Assembly: GCA_036338695.1 (NCBI GenBank)
Contig: JAYZBQ010000015.1
Location: 64,001 to 128,000, forward strand
Direction of reading: 5' to 3'
DNA length: 64,000 nucleotides
Source of the DNA: Myxococcota bacterium
GTDB taxonomy: Bacteria; Myxococcota; UBA4151
A model generated the notes under the pieces. It worked only from the letters and a program-made list of their open reading frames with translations, was not told the origin of the DNA and did not search any database. The position numbers and the translations under genes were made by a program. Position 1 is the first letter of the stretch, and every line of letters starts with the position of its first letter. Below are positions 18,837 through 27,322 of this stretch, piece by piece.

Positions 18837-19502
18837 ATGCGTTTGATCACCATGACCCTCACGCTCACCTTCGCCTTCACAGCGCAGGCGAGCGGTAAAC
18901 AGACCATCAAGGTCGCGTCACCCCACGCCGAGAAAAAAGCGGCGCCCGCTGCGTCGGCTAAGAAGGCGCGCAAGGGACCTCGTTTCACGCTCAGACGCAG
19001 CAAGGACCCGCGCGGGTGGCTGTTTCGTGACTGGAACGCAGGGCTTCAGTTCGCTGTCTCGAAGGGCACGTTTCGGAAGCTCAAGCCAAAGAGCGATGCG
19101 CCAGGGGTCGCTTGGGAGGGTCAGGTCATGGTGGGCACGATCCTCATCAAGACCCGATACGACCAGATCGCGCCGGGTAGCTTTCAAAGCGCCGGCGAAC
19201 TGAAGGACTACCTCGAGGGAATCAGTACGGCGTATCGTGACGAGGAGAACCTCCGAGACGTGGTCGTGCTCGAGAGCGATATGCTCGACAGCATGGGGCT
19301 TGTCGAGGCGGGAGCCACGCTCGACGTGGTGCTCCCGAAAGGGAAGCACTGCTGCGAGCAGCTGTGGGCGCTCGTGCGCGGCGACACCCGAGTGACCATT
19401 AGCATCCGCTGCACCAACAGCGACTACCGGCGGCGTTGGAACGCCTTTCAAGATAAGTTCCTGGAAGCCCTGAAGCTCTCGAATACCGACAGCTGGAAGT
19501 GA
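18837..19502 (+). CDS. hypothetical secreted protein, possibly PsbP/DcrB-like fold
   Basis: Signal peptide ending AQA; Lys/Ala linker; globular C-terminal domain; GTGA-coupled to the next gene. Confidence 0.65.
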   Translation: MRLITMTLTLTFAFTAQASGKQTIKVASPHAEKKAAPAASAKKARKGPRFTLRRSKDPRGWLFRDWNAGLQFAVSKGTFRKLKPKSDAPGVAWEGQVMVGTILIKTRYDQIAPGSFQSAGELKDYLEGISTAYRDEENLRDVVVLESDMLDSMGLVEAGATLDVVLPKGKHCCEQLWALVRGDTRVTISIRCTNSDYRRRWNAFQDKFLEALKLSNTDSWK

Positions 19503-20431
19503 CGTTGACGCCTTTACCCGAGGTTGGGGAGACCGTCTCGCTCGTCGAGGTCGGTCCTCGTGACGGGCTCCAGAATGAGGCGAAGGTGCTCAGCCCGTCG
19601 GTGCGCGCCGAGTTCGTTCGCCGCTTGGCGGCGGCGGGCTGCGACCGGATCGAGGCGGGCAGCTTTGTTCACCCTAAGTGGATCCCTTCGATGGCGGGGA
19701 CCGCTGAGGTCTTCGCCGAGCTGAGCGATCTTGACGGGGTTCGGCTCTCTGCGCTGACGCCCAACGCCCGAGGGTTCGCTGATGCCTGCGCAGCCGCGGT
19801 CGGCGAGGTCGCCGTGTTTATGAGCGCCAGTGAGACGCACAACCAAAAGAACACCAATTGTGGCACGCTCGAGAGCCTCGATCGTTTTGCGCCGATACTC
19901 GAGCAAGCGGCGGCGCTTGAGATGCCCGTACGCGGCTATCTGAGCGTGGTCGCAGGCTGCCCCTACGAAGGCGACGTAGCGGTCTCCAAGGTGGTCCGTC
20001 TCGCCGCACGGCTGCTGAGCATGGGCTGCTATGAGGTGAGCCTCGGTGACACCATCGGCGTCGGGACACCGCGGGATATCCACGCGTTGATGGACGGGTT
20101 TGAGGCTGAGGGGATCCGGTCGGACCAGCTCGCACTCCACCTGCATGATACGCGCGGTACGGCGCTGGCCAACGTCGTGGCGGGGCTCGAGCGCGGCGTG
20201 CGAGTTTTTGACTCGAGCGCTGGCGGGCTCGGGGGCTGCCCCTACGCGCCGGGCGCATCGGGGAATGTCGCGACCGAGGATGTCGTCTATCTCTGTGAGC
20301 GTATGGGGCTCTCAACCCGCGTGAACCTAGACCGTGTGGTGCAGGTGAGCGCATGGATGGCGGAGCAGTTAGGGAAAGAGCCTGTCTCGCGCGTCTACCG
20401 AGCGCAGCGCGCTCAAGAGGAGTCTTTATGA
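19499..20431 (+). CDS. hydroxymethylglutaryl-CoA lyase
   Basis: EVGPRDGLQNE, SLGDTIG, HLHDTRG, GLGGCPYAPGASGNVATED. Confidence 0.95.
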   Translation: MTLTPLPEVGETVSLVEVGPRDGLQNEAKVLSPSVRAEFVRRLAAAGCDRIEAGSFVHPKWIPSMAGTAEVFAELSDLDGVRLSALTPNARGFADACAAAVGEVAVFMSASETHNQKNTNCGTLESLDRFAPILEQAAALEMPVRGYLSVVAGCPYEGDVAVSKVVRLAARLLSMGCYEVSLGDTIGVGTPRDIHALMDGFEAEGIRSDQLALHLHDTRGTALANVVAGLERGVRVFDSSAGGLGGCPYAPGASGNVATEDVVYLCERMGLSTRVNLDRVVQVSAWMAEQLGKEPVSRVYRAQRAQEESL

Positions 20432-21204
20432 CCGCTGAGTTGAGCTATGCCGTCGATGCGCGCGGCGTCGGTGTATTGACCATGAACCGACCGGCTGCGC
20501 GCAACGCGATCGGCTGGGACCTGCTCGAGGCGCTTCGAGCTCAGGTCTCGGAGTGCGCCGAAGATGCCAACCTCCGTGCGCTGGTGCTGACCGCAACCGG
20601 CGACCGAGCCTTCTGCGCAGGGGCGGACCTGAAGGAGCGGAAAACCTACACCGAGGCGAAAACACGAACCTTCGTGAGCCGCATCGGTAAGTTGACCGCC
20701 GAGCTTGGGCGTCTGCCGATGCCGACGGTTTGCGCCATCAACGGACACGCCTTTGGCGGGGGCTGCGAGCTGGCGCTGGCGTGCGACCTGCGCGTGATGA
20801 AGCGGGGGTTTCAGATCGGGTTGACGGAGACGGCGCTGGCGATCATCCCCGGCGCAGGGGGGACCCAGCGGCTGCCGCGTCTGGTCGGTTTGGCGAAGGC
20901 GAAGGAGCTGATCTTTACAGCGGCTCGCCTCAGCGCCGATGAGGCGGAACAAATCGGGTTGGTGAACGCTGCGACCGACGATCTCGAGGCGGAGACCGAG
21001 CGACTGGTCAGCGCTATTTTACGGTGCGGACCGTTGGCGCTTCGGAGCGCCAAGACGGCGATCGAGGCAGGCTTCGACGCCGGGCTCGAGGAGGGGCTGC
21101 GTATCGAGCAGACGGCGTATCAGGTCATCATCCCGACCGACGATCGACTCGAGGCGCTGGCAGCGTTCGCCGAGAAGCGACCGCCTGAATTCAAGGGGCG
21201 CTGA
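20428..21204 (+). CDS. enoyl-CoA hydratase family, likely methylglutaconyl-CoA hydratase
   Basis: FCAGADLKER, GGGCELALACD, GLTETALAIIPGAGGTQRLPR; coupled to HMG-CoA lyase. Confidence 0.85.
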   Translation: MTAELSYAVDARGVGVLTMNRPAARNAIGWDLLEALRAQVSECAEDANLRALVLTATGDRAFCAGADLKERKTYTEAKTRTFVSRIGKLTAELGRLPMPTVCAINGHAFGGGCELALACDLRVMKRGFQIGLTETALAIIPGAGGTQRLPRLVGLAKAKELIFTAARLSADEAEQIGLVNAATDDLEAETERLVSAILRCGPLALRSAKTAIEAGFDAGLEEGLRIEQTAYQVIIPTDDRLEALAAFAEKRPPEFKGR

Positions 21205-21206
21205 CC

Positions 21207-22466
21207 ATGGAGTTTTTGCTGGCGCTCAGCTTCGGATTTTTGGGTGGGCTGATCCTGAACATCATGCCCTGCGTCTTCCCGGTTCTGATCTTCAAGGTCA
21301 GCTCGTGGATCGAACAGGCGGACGAGTCGGCTGGGGAGCGCCGAGCGGATTCCCTCGGCTTTCTGTTAGGCTGTATTCTCTGCTTTAGCGCCTTTGCGGG
21401 CGCCGTGATTGCGCTGCGCTCTGGAGGGCAGTCGATCGGCTGGGGCATGCACATGCAGAACCCAGTCTTCGTGTCGGCGCTGATCGCCTTGCTCGTCGGC
21501 TTCGGCCTCAACTGCGCCGGGTTGTTTGAGATCACGCTCTCGGCAGGCGGTGGCGCCCAGAAGTCGGGCTGGATCGGCTCGGTCGTCGATGGCGCCCTGA
21601 TCACGCTGGTCGCCACCCCTTGCTCAGCGCCCTTTCTTGGCTCGGCGGCTGCCGCAGCGCTGGCGAGCGATGCGGCGTGGTGGGAGACCCTTCTGCTGTT
21701 CTGGAGTGTAGGTCTTGGGCTGGCGTTTCCAGTGCTCTTGATCGGGTTCGTCCCAGCGCTTGGGCGCCTCCTGCCTCGTCCGGGCGCGTGGATGGAGAGC
21801 TTCAAGATCCTGGTCGGCTTTACCTTGCTCGGCGCGGCGGTCTGGCTGTTCGGCGTGCTGCAGAAACAGGTGACCCCAGCGAGCGCTAACAACTTCTTAT
21901 GGTTTTTGCTGCTCTTCTCGCTGGCGCTGTGGGTCATGGGCCGCTGGGGCGCCTTGCATCGCTCGACGCGCACGCGCTGGATCGGGCACCTCGGCGCGCT
22001 CGCCATCGCAGTCGGCGCAGGCGTTGGATTCATCGAGTTCGAGAAGCCCGTGAAGGTCAAGGCGGCGGCGTTGGCTGCCGATGGGACCCGGAAGGTGACC
22101 ACCGAGGACGAGCTGATCTGGGTCGATTACGACGCCGAGCTGGTCAAGACCACCCTAGCTGCCGGTCAAGCGATCTTTCTCGACTTCACGGCGGACTGGT
22201 GCGCAAGCTGCAAGACTTTTGAGAAGACCCACTTGAACACCGCCGCCACGCGCAAGGTCTTTGTCGAGACGAACACGATGACCATGAAGGTGGACCTGAC
22301 GAGCGACGAGGGTGAGTGGGACTTCCTCGCCAAGTTTGGTCGCAGCGGCTTGCCGACCTATGTCATCTTATTGCCCGACGGCTCGCACGACCTGCTGCCC
22401 GAGGGGCCGCCGCTGACCTTGCACGAGCGCTTGCGCGTCGCGGCCGCTAAATTAGGTACGCCATAG
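21207..22466 (+). CDS. DsbD-family thiol:disulfide interchange protein (TM and thioredoxin domains only)
   Basis: LNIMPCVFPV and ATPCSAP TM cysteines, LPRPGAWM, DFTADWCASC. Confidence 0.88.
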   Translation: MEFLLALSFGFLGGLILNIMPCVFPVLIFKVSSWIEQADESAGERRADSLGFLLGCILCFSAFAGAVIALRSGGQSIGWGMHMQNPVFVSALIALLVGFGLNCAGLFEITLSAGGGAQKSGWIGSVVDGALITLVATPCSAPFLGSAAAAALASDAAWWETLLLFWSVGLGLAFPVLLIGFVPALGRLLPRPGAWMESFKILVGFTLLGAAVWLFGVLQKQVTPASANNFLWFLLLFSLALWVMGRWGALHRSTRTRWIGHLGALAIAVGAGVGFIEFEKPVKVKAAALAADGTRKVTTEDELIWVDYDAELVKTTLAAGQAIFLDFTADWCASCKTFEKTHLNTAATRKVFVETNTMTMKVDLTSDEGEWDFLAKFGRSGLPTYVILLPDGSHDLLPEGPPLTLHERLRVAAAKLGTP

Positions 22467-23790
22467 CGAGCCCAGCCGCTGCGCCGATGAGGCTTGCGAG
22501 GACCACGAGCCCAAGGGTTGAGCGCTGCACGGTCGTGCGCGTCAGCCCGGTTTGACCGCCCTGCGTGCCGTAGGCGTCAAGCGTCGAGACGCGGATCCGA
22601 GTCGGGGCGTCGTTGTTCATGGACACCTCCTCACGAATCGGCTCTTCGGGCGCTGGCGCGGAGGGCAGCTTACGCGTCGGCTCGAGCGTCGACGGTGACG
22701 CCGTCTCCGGCTTAGGCTGATCCATCGCCACCGTGTTGAGGTCCATCGCCGCCGTCGCCTCTGGGTCGTCGTCGCCCATGACTTTCGGGGATGAGGCCAT
22801 GTGGCTCGCCTCAAGACTCGGCAGGGACCCCGAATTGGTGGGGATCTCCTCTTCGTTCATGATCTCGGACACGAACCGAGCCAGGCGCCTTGGACTTCCG
22901 TCACCGGGCATGTCGCGCAGCGCCGTCTCGAGGGCATCGCGCGCCTCGCGGGCGGTCTGATAGCGGTCTCCGCGGTGGGCGGTCATGGTCCGCTTAATGA
23001 ACTCGACGAGGGCATCGGGCACCTCGCCGTGACCGGGGAGGCGGTACTCGCAGCGGGTGACGAGCCGCAGAAGCTCGGTGTTGTCACTGCGCGACTTACC
23101 GACCTGACCTGGGACGCGAAACGGCTTCTCGCCGAGCAGCATCTCATAGAGCACGACGCCAACGGAGAAGATATCGCTCCGCCGGTCCAGCCGCTTGCCA
23201 GAGGCTTGCTCGGGGCTCATGTAGCTGAACTTACCCTTGAGGACGTTGCCTTGAGTCAGCTGTTGATTGGTCGTCGCTTTGGCGATGCCAAAATCGATCA
23301 ACTTAACCGCACCGTCTCGCGACATCATCACGTTCTGCGGGCTGATGTCACGGTGGACCAGTCGCAGCAGTTTTTGGTCGGCGTCGCGAAAGCGGTGCGC
23401 GTACTCGAGCGCATTGCAGACATCGGCGGCGATCCGCGCAGCCAGCTCGGGCGGCATCAGGATCCCCTTACGGCGCAGCCGCTTGTTCAGCTGCCGCAGG
23501 TTGCAGCCGTCGATGTACTCCATCGCGATGTAGTACTGCCCATGCTCTTCCCCGAGCTCATAGATCTGACCGATGTTGGGGTGGCTCAAAAGCGCCGCCA
23601 CCCGCGCCTCATCGAGGAACATCCCAACGAACTCTTCATTATGCGCTAGGTGCGGGTGGATTTTTTTGATGACGAGCTGTTTGGAGAAGCCCGCTGGACC
23701 CGTCTGCTGAGCGAGATACACCTCGGCCATACCGCCTTGCGCGATGCGACGCAGCAGCTGGAATCGGCCGAATCGGACTTCGATCGCCAC
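22447..23790 (-). CDS. Hanks-type Ser/Thr protein kinase with a C-terminal TM anchor
   Basis: GGMAEVY, LVIKKI, HRDISPQN, DFGIAK, GKFSYMSPE; hydrophobic C-terminus. Confidence 0.93.
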   Translation of the reverse strand: MAIEVRFGRFQLLRRIAQGGMAEVYLAQQTGPAGFSKQLVIKKIHPHLAHNEEFVGMFLDEARVAALLSHPNIGQIYELGEEHGQYYIAMEYIDGCNLRQLNKRLRRKGILMPPELAARIAADVCNALEYAHRFRDADQKLLRLVHRDISPQNVMMSRDGAVKLIDFGIAKATTNQQLTQGNVLKGKFSYMSPEQASGKRLDRRSDIFSVGVVLYEMLLGEKPFRVPGQVGKSRSDNTELLRLVTRCEYRLPGHGEVPDALVEFIKRTMTAHRGDRYQTAREARDALETALRDMPGDGSPRRLARFVSEIMNEEEIPTNSGSLPSLEASHMASSPKVMGDDDPEATAAMDLNTVAMDQPKPETASPSTLEPTRKLPSAPAPEEPIREEVSMNNDAPTRIRVSTLDAYGTQGGQTGLTRTTVQRSTLGLVVLASLIGAAAGLAMAYLI

Positions 23791-23828
23791 GGGTGTTCGT
23801 CTCCACGGACTGATGCGTTAGGTTGGGC

Positions 23829-25703
23829 TCAAGTGCTCGATCGAGGCAAGTCCTGATCGAAGCTTTCGACACGCTCACTCGCTTCAAGCCAGTCGAGCTC
23901 AGCTTGTGTCTGGCGCTCTAGAATCGCTTGGCGCTTATCCTCAAGGCGTTGCAGCGCCACCCAGTCCTGTCGCGCTTCGCCGCTGCTCAGCTCCCGGCCG
24001 ACCGCCTCGGCCTCTTCGCTGAGTTGGTCGATTAGCCGCTCGAGCTTGTCGCGCGCGGCGACGAGCCGGCGCCGCTGTTTCTGCCGCTCTTTGAGCTGGG
24101 CACCCTTCGGCTTTGGCGGCGAGGCATTCTGAGCAGCCGGCGTCGACGTTTGCAATGCGGACTCGTGGAGGCGGCGCTCATGAATCGACCACCACCGGGT
24201 CGCGATCCGATCGCAGAAGGCGCGGTCGTGACTGACCACAAGGAGGGTCCCCGGATACGAGCAAAGGGCGCCCTCGAGGCCTTCTCGGGCGCGGAGATCG
24301 AGGTGGTTGGTGGGCTCATCGAGGACGATCAGGTTGAGGTCGCGTAGCAGCAGGCTCGTGAGCGCAAGTCTCATGCGCTCGCCGCCGCTGAGCTGGTCGC
24401 ACATCCTGAGCAGCGCCTGGCGGGGGAGCCCAAGCCCGCCGGCGAGGTTGCGCGCCGCCTGAATGCGCTCGACCGGTACCTGGCGCTCGAGCCATTCGCC
24501 GGCCGTGGCGCGACCGAGCACTTGGTCGATCTGCTGGCTGAGGATCGCTGGGCGAACCTTGACACCAAACTCGACCTCCCCGGCGAGCGGGGGCAGGTCA
24601 CCCATGAGGGTGCGAAGAAGGGTCGACTTGCCGCAGCCGTTGGTCCCTTTGAGTACGATCCGCTCACCCCGCCGAACGAGTGTGTCCGGCGCGCTGACGA
24701 GCACGTCATCGTAGCCTGCTTGCAGGCCGTGTATCTTGATCACCTCATCGGCGCTGCGCGGGACATGTTCGAAGGCGATCGGGAGCCCTGTGCGCGGCGA
24801 AGGAGCCTTCGGGGGCGGAACGAGCCGCTCGAGCGCTTTGGCGCGTGCGCTCGCCTGTTTGCTTTTCTGACCAGCTTTGTACTTCGCCACAAAGGCGCGT
24901 AGGCGAGCAGCCTCCTCGTCGAAGGCCGCCCACTCTTTGAGCAGCTGCTCTCGGCGGCGGGCGCGCGCCGCGAGATAGGCGCTGTAGGGCGCAGGGTAGC
25001 GCTCGACGCGGCCGTGATCGAGCTCACCGATCCAGGTGGGGCTGTGCTCAAGCAAGTAGCGATCGTGGCTGATCACCAGCCACGCGTGTTTGCAGTTGCT
25101 CAGCAGCTGGACCAGCCAGTTGATCCCGTCGTCGTCCAAGTGGTTCGTCGGCTCATCAAGGATCCACAGATCAGCCGGTGTCAGAAGCAGCCGCGCAAGG
25201 CGGCAGCGGTGTTGCTGACCGCCACTGAGCTGCGAGGCGGAGGCTGCGGCGAGCTCCATGAGCCCAAGCGCGCTGAGCGCGGCGTCGATACGAGCCGGGT
25301 AGGCGTAGCCATCGAGTAAGCCGAAGCGACTCTCCGCTTGACCGAAGCGCTCCAGAGCCGAGGCGTCCTCGGGGGCAGCCTCGAGCGCTTGGAGCGCTGC
25401 CTCATACTCGGATTTGATCTGTTGCCAGTCGCTCAGACCGCGCTCGAGATAGCTGCGCACGGACTCATCGCCCTGCGGGGCAGCGATCTGTTCGAGGGTC
25501 AGCAATCGCGCATCCGAGTGGATCTGAACCGTACCGTAGTCGGGCTCAAGGGATCCGGTGAGCATGCGGATCAGCGTGCTTTTGCCGCAGCCGTTTGGCC
25601 CCACGAGCGCCACGTGGTCGCCGGCGACAAGCGTGAGGTCGAGCTGATCGAGGATGGGCTCTTCGGCATATCCGAATCGAATGTCTTGGGCTCGGAGGAT
25701 CAC
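23829..25703 (-). CDS. ABC-F family ATPase
   Basis: Two NBDs (GPNGCGKST and GTNGCGKST; LSGG and LDEPTNHLD twice), no TM segment, C-terminal coiled coil. Confidence 0.92.
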   Translation of the reverse strand: MILRAQDIRFGYAEEPILDQLDLTLVAGDHVALVGPNGCGKSTLIRMLTGSLEPDYGTVQIHSDARLLTLEQIAAPQGDESVRSYLERGLSDWQQIKSEYEAALQALEAAPEDASALERFGQAESRFGLLDGYAYPARIDAALSALGLMELAAASASQLSGGQQHRCRLARLLLTPADLWILDEPTNHLDDDGINWLVQLLSNCKHAWLVISHDRYLLEHSPTWIGELDHGRVERYPAPYSAYLAARARRREQLLKEWAAFDEEAARLRAFVAKYKAGQKSKQASARAKALERLVPPPKAPSPRTGLPIAFEHVPRSADEVIKIHGLQAGYDDVLVSAPDTLVRRGERIVLKGTNGCGKSTLLRTLMGDLPPLAGEVEFGVKVRPAILSQQIDQVLGRATAGEWLERQVPVERIQAARNLAGGLGLPRQALLRMCDQLSGGERMRLALTSLLLRDLNLIVLDEPTNHLDLRAREGLEGALCSYPGTLLVVSHDRAFCDRIATRWWSIHERRLHESALQTSTPAAQNASPPKPKGAQLKERQKQRRRLVAARDKLERLIDQLSEEAEAVGRELSSGEARQDWVALQRLEDKRQAILERQTQAELDWLEASERVESFDQDLPRSST

Positions 25704-25720
25704 TGTTTCACTACCCCGTG

Positions 25721-25749
25721 TTGTCGCTCAGAAGGAGTTGTCCTATACG
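25721..25749 (+). promoter_or_regulatory. putative sigma70-like promoter
   Basis: TTGTCG-17nt-TATACG, 60 nt upstream of the cNMP gene. Confidence 0.45.
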
Positions 25750-25809
25750 AGCAGGTGAGTCGTTGGTCGATCCGTCGGCTCGCGTTTCTTTGAACGATGA
25801 GGCGGTGCT

Positions 25810-27240
25810 GTGGCCAAAGAGCGTCTGAGCGCAATGGACATTGGTGATCTCAGGCGCCGCATCCGCGAAGCCGATCAAGCCGGCGACCGCCAGAAGCAGG
25901 TCGAGCTGCTCAGGCAGCTGTGTGAGCACGAGGTCAACGACCTTCGCAGTCGCCAGCGACTCGGGCATCTGCTCAAGGACCTCGGCTACGACGCCGAGGC
26001 GACGCGCGAGCTCCAGCGCTGCGCCTCCGGCTATGCGACCGAGGGCTTCCTGAATCGTGCCATCCAGATCGTCAAGACCTTGGTCGAGTTCAACCCGGGT
26101 GACCAAGTCGCGCTGCGTGCTTTGCAAGGGCTCTATGCCAGGCGGCAATCGAGCAGCCCGTCGGTGGGGCCGATCCCAGGGTTTGAGCCGGCGCCCTTTG
26201 ACCCTGTCTCCGCAGGAGAAGATCACACGTCGCGTCTCGAGGAGCTCGGGCGTGAACAGACCGATCCCAACCTGTCGGTTCCGCCCCGACTCGGCTTTGT
26301 TCGTGCACGACGTACGGCGGAATTCGAAGCGGTCGAGCCCGAGCGGGATCTCGGCGACCTGGTCGCAAGCGCCATGGAGCTTGAGGACCAACCCAGCGAT
26401 GAGGATGGTCAAGGTCGCTCGATTACGCTGCCTTTGTTCGGTGCGCTGCCCGAGCGAGCGCAGGCGGAGATCCTCGAGACCATGGAGTCGCACCGCTTTG
26501 AGAGCGGCGAGTACATGTTTCACCAAGGTGAGACGGACCCGAAGCTGTGGATGCTCCGCAGCGGGCGGGTGGAGGTGAGGCGACGCGTCGGCGATGAAGA
26601 GCAGATGCTGGCGCGTTTAGGCCACGGCGCCGTGCTCGGTGAGATGAGCATCTTTGATGACTCGCCTCGGTCGGCCTCAGCGATCACCCTCGGAAAAGTC
26701 TCAGCGTACAGTATGACGCGCCAGCACCTTGAGAAGATCTGGGCGCAGTACCCGATGGTACATAAAACCTTGCTCAAAAATTACCGGCTCCGCCATCTCC
26801 GGAACCTGGTCGCCTACGCGCCCTTCATGCAATTCATCCCTGAGGATCACCGCCGCGGCGTCGCCATGCTGTTTCGGGTGCGAGAGGTGCCTGCGGGTGC
26901 GGTCTTGATCGGTGGCGATGAGCCGGAGGAGCAGGGGATCTTAGGGGTGCTCGGTGGGCGCGTGCGGGTCGAATACCGAGCGCCGGCTGGAGAGCTCCGT
27001 CAACTCGCGATCTTGGGCCCGGGCTCGCTGTTTGGATACGACGCCGACCTGCTGGGGCTCGAGCAGCCCTTTCGTTACGTGACGAACGGGCGCGCCTCGA
27101 TCCTGCGCATGAACGTGCGCTCGATGCGCAGCCTGCTCCAAGCTCATCAACCCCTCGAGACCTACTTGAAAGAGCTCGCCGAGCGTCGACGAGACAGCGC
27201 CCAGCGGATCGTGGCGGCACAGAACGACTTCGCGACCTGA
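25810..27240 (+). CDS. TPR-like plus tandem cyclic-nucleotide-binding domain protein
   Basis: Helical TPR-like N-terminus; F..GE.MFHQGE...G.V.V...LGEMSIFDDSPRSASA; second, degenerate CNB domain. Confidence 0.85.
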   Translation: MAKERLSAMDIGDLRRRIREADQAGDRQKQVELLRQLCEHEVNDLRSRQRLGHLLKDLGYDAEATRELQRCASGYATEGFLNRAIQIVKTLVEFNPGDQVALRALQGLYARRQSSSPSVGPIPGFEPAPFDPVSAGEDHTSRLEELGREQTDPNLSVPPRLGFVRARRTAEFEAVEPERDLGDLVASAMELEDQPSDEDGQGRSITLPLFGALPERAQAEILETMESHRFESGEYMFHQGETDPKLWMLRSGRVEVRRRVGDEEQMLARLGHGAVLGEMSIFDDSPRSASAITLGKVSAYSMTRQHLEKIWAQYPMVHKTLLKNYRLRHLRNLVAYAPFMQFIPEDHRRGVAMLFRVREVPAGAVLIGGDEPEEQGILGVLGGRVRVEYRAPAGELRQLAILGPGSLFGYDADLLGLEQPFRYVTNGRASILRMNVRSMRSLLQAHQPLETYLKELAERRRDSAQRIVAAQNDFAT

Positions 27241-27322
27241 GCGGTTCGGCTCGAGCCAACCACCGCGCCGGCTCGACCGCAGGCGGTTGCTGTGGCAGAC
27301 TTCTGGCTAGGTAGGAGTCGGG

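Noticed and set aside
27293..27308. Sigma54-like TGGCAG-N5-TGGCT upstream of the Cys-rich operon
   Set aside because: It has mismatches to the consensus, and the implied TSS would fall after the AGGAG RBS, only about 4 nt before the ATG.
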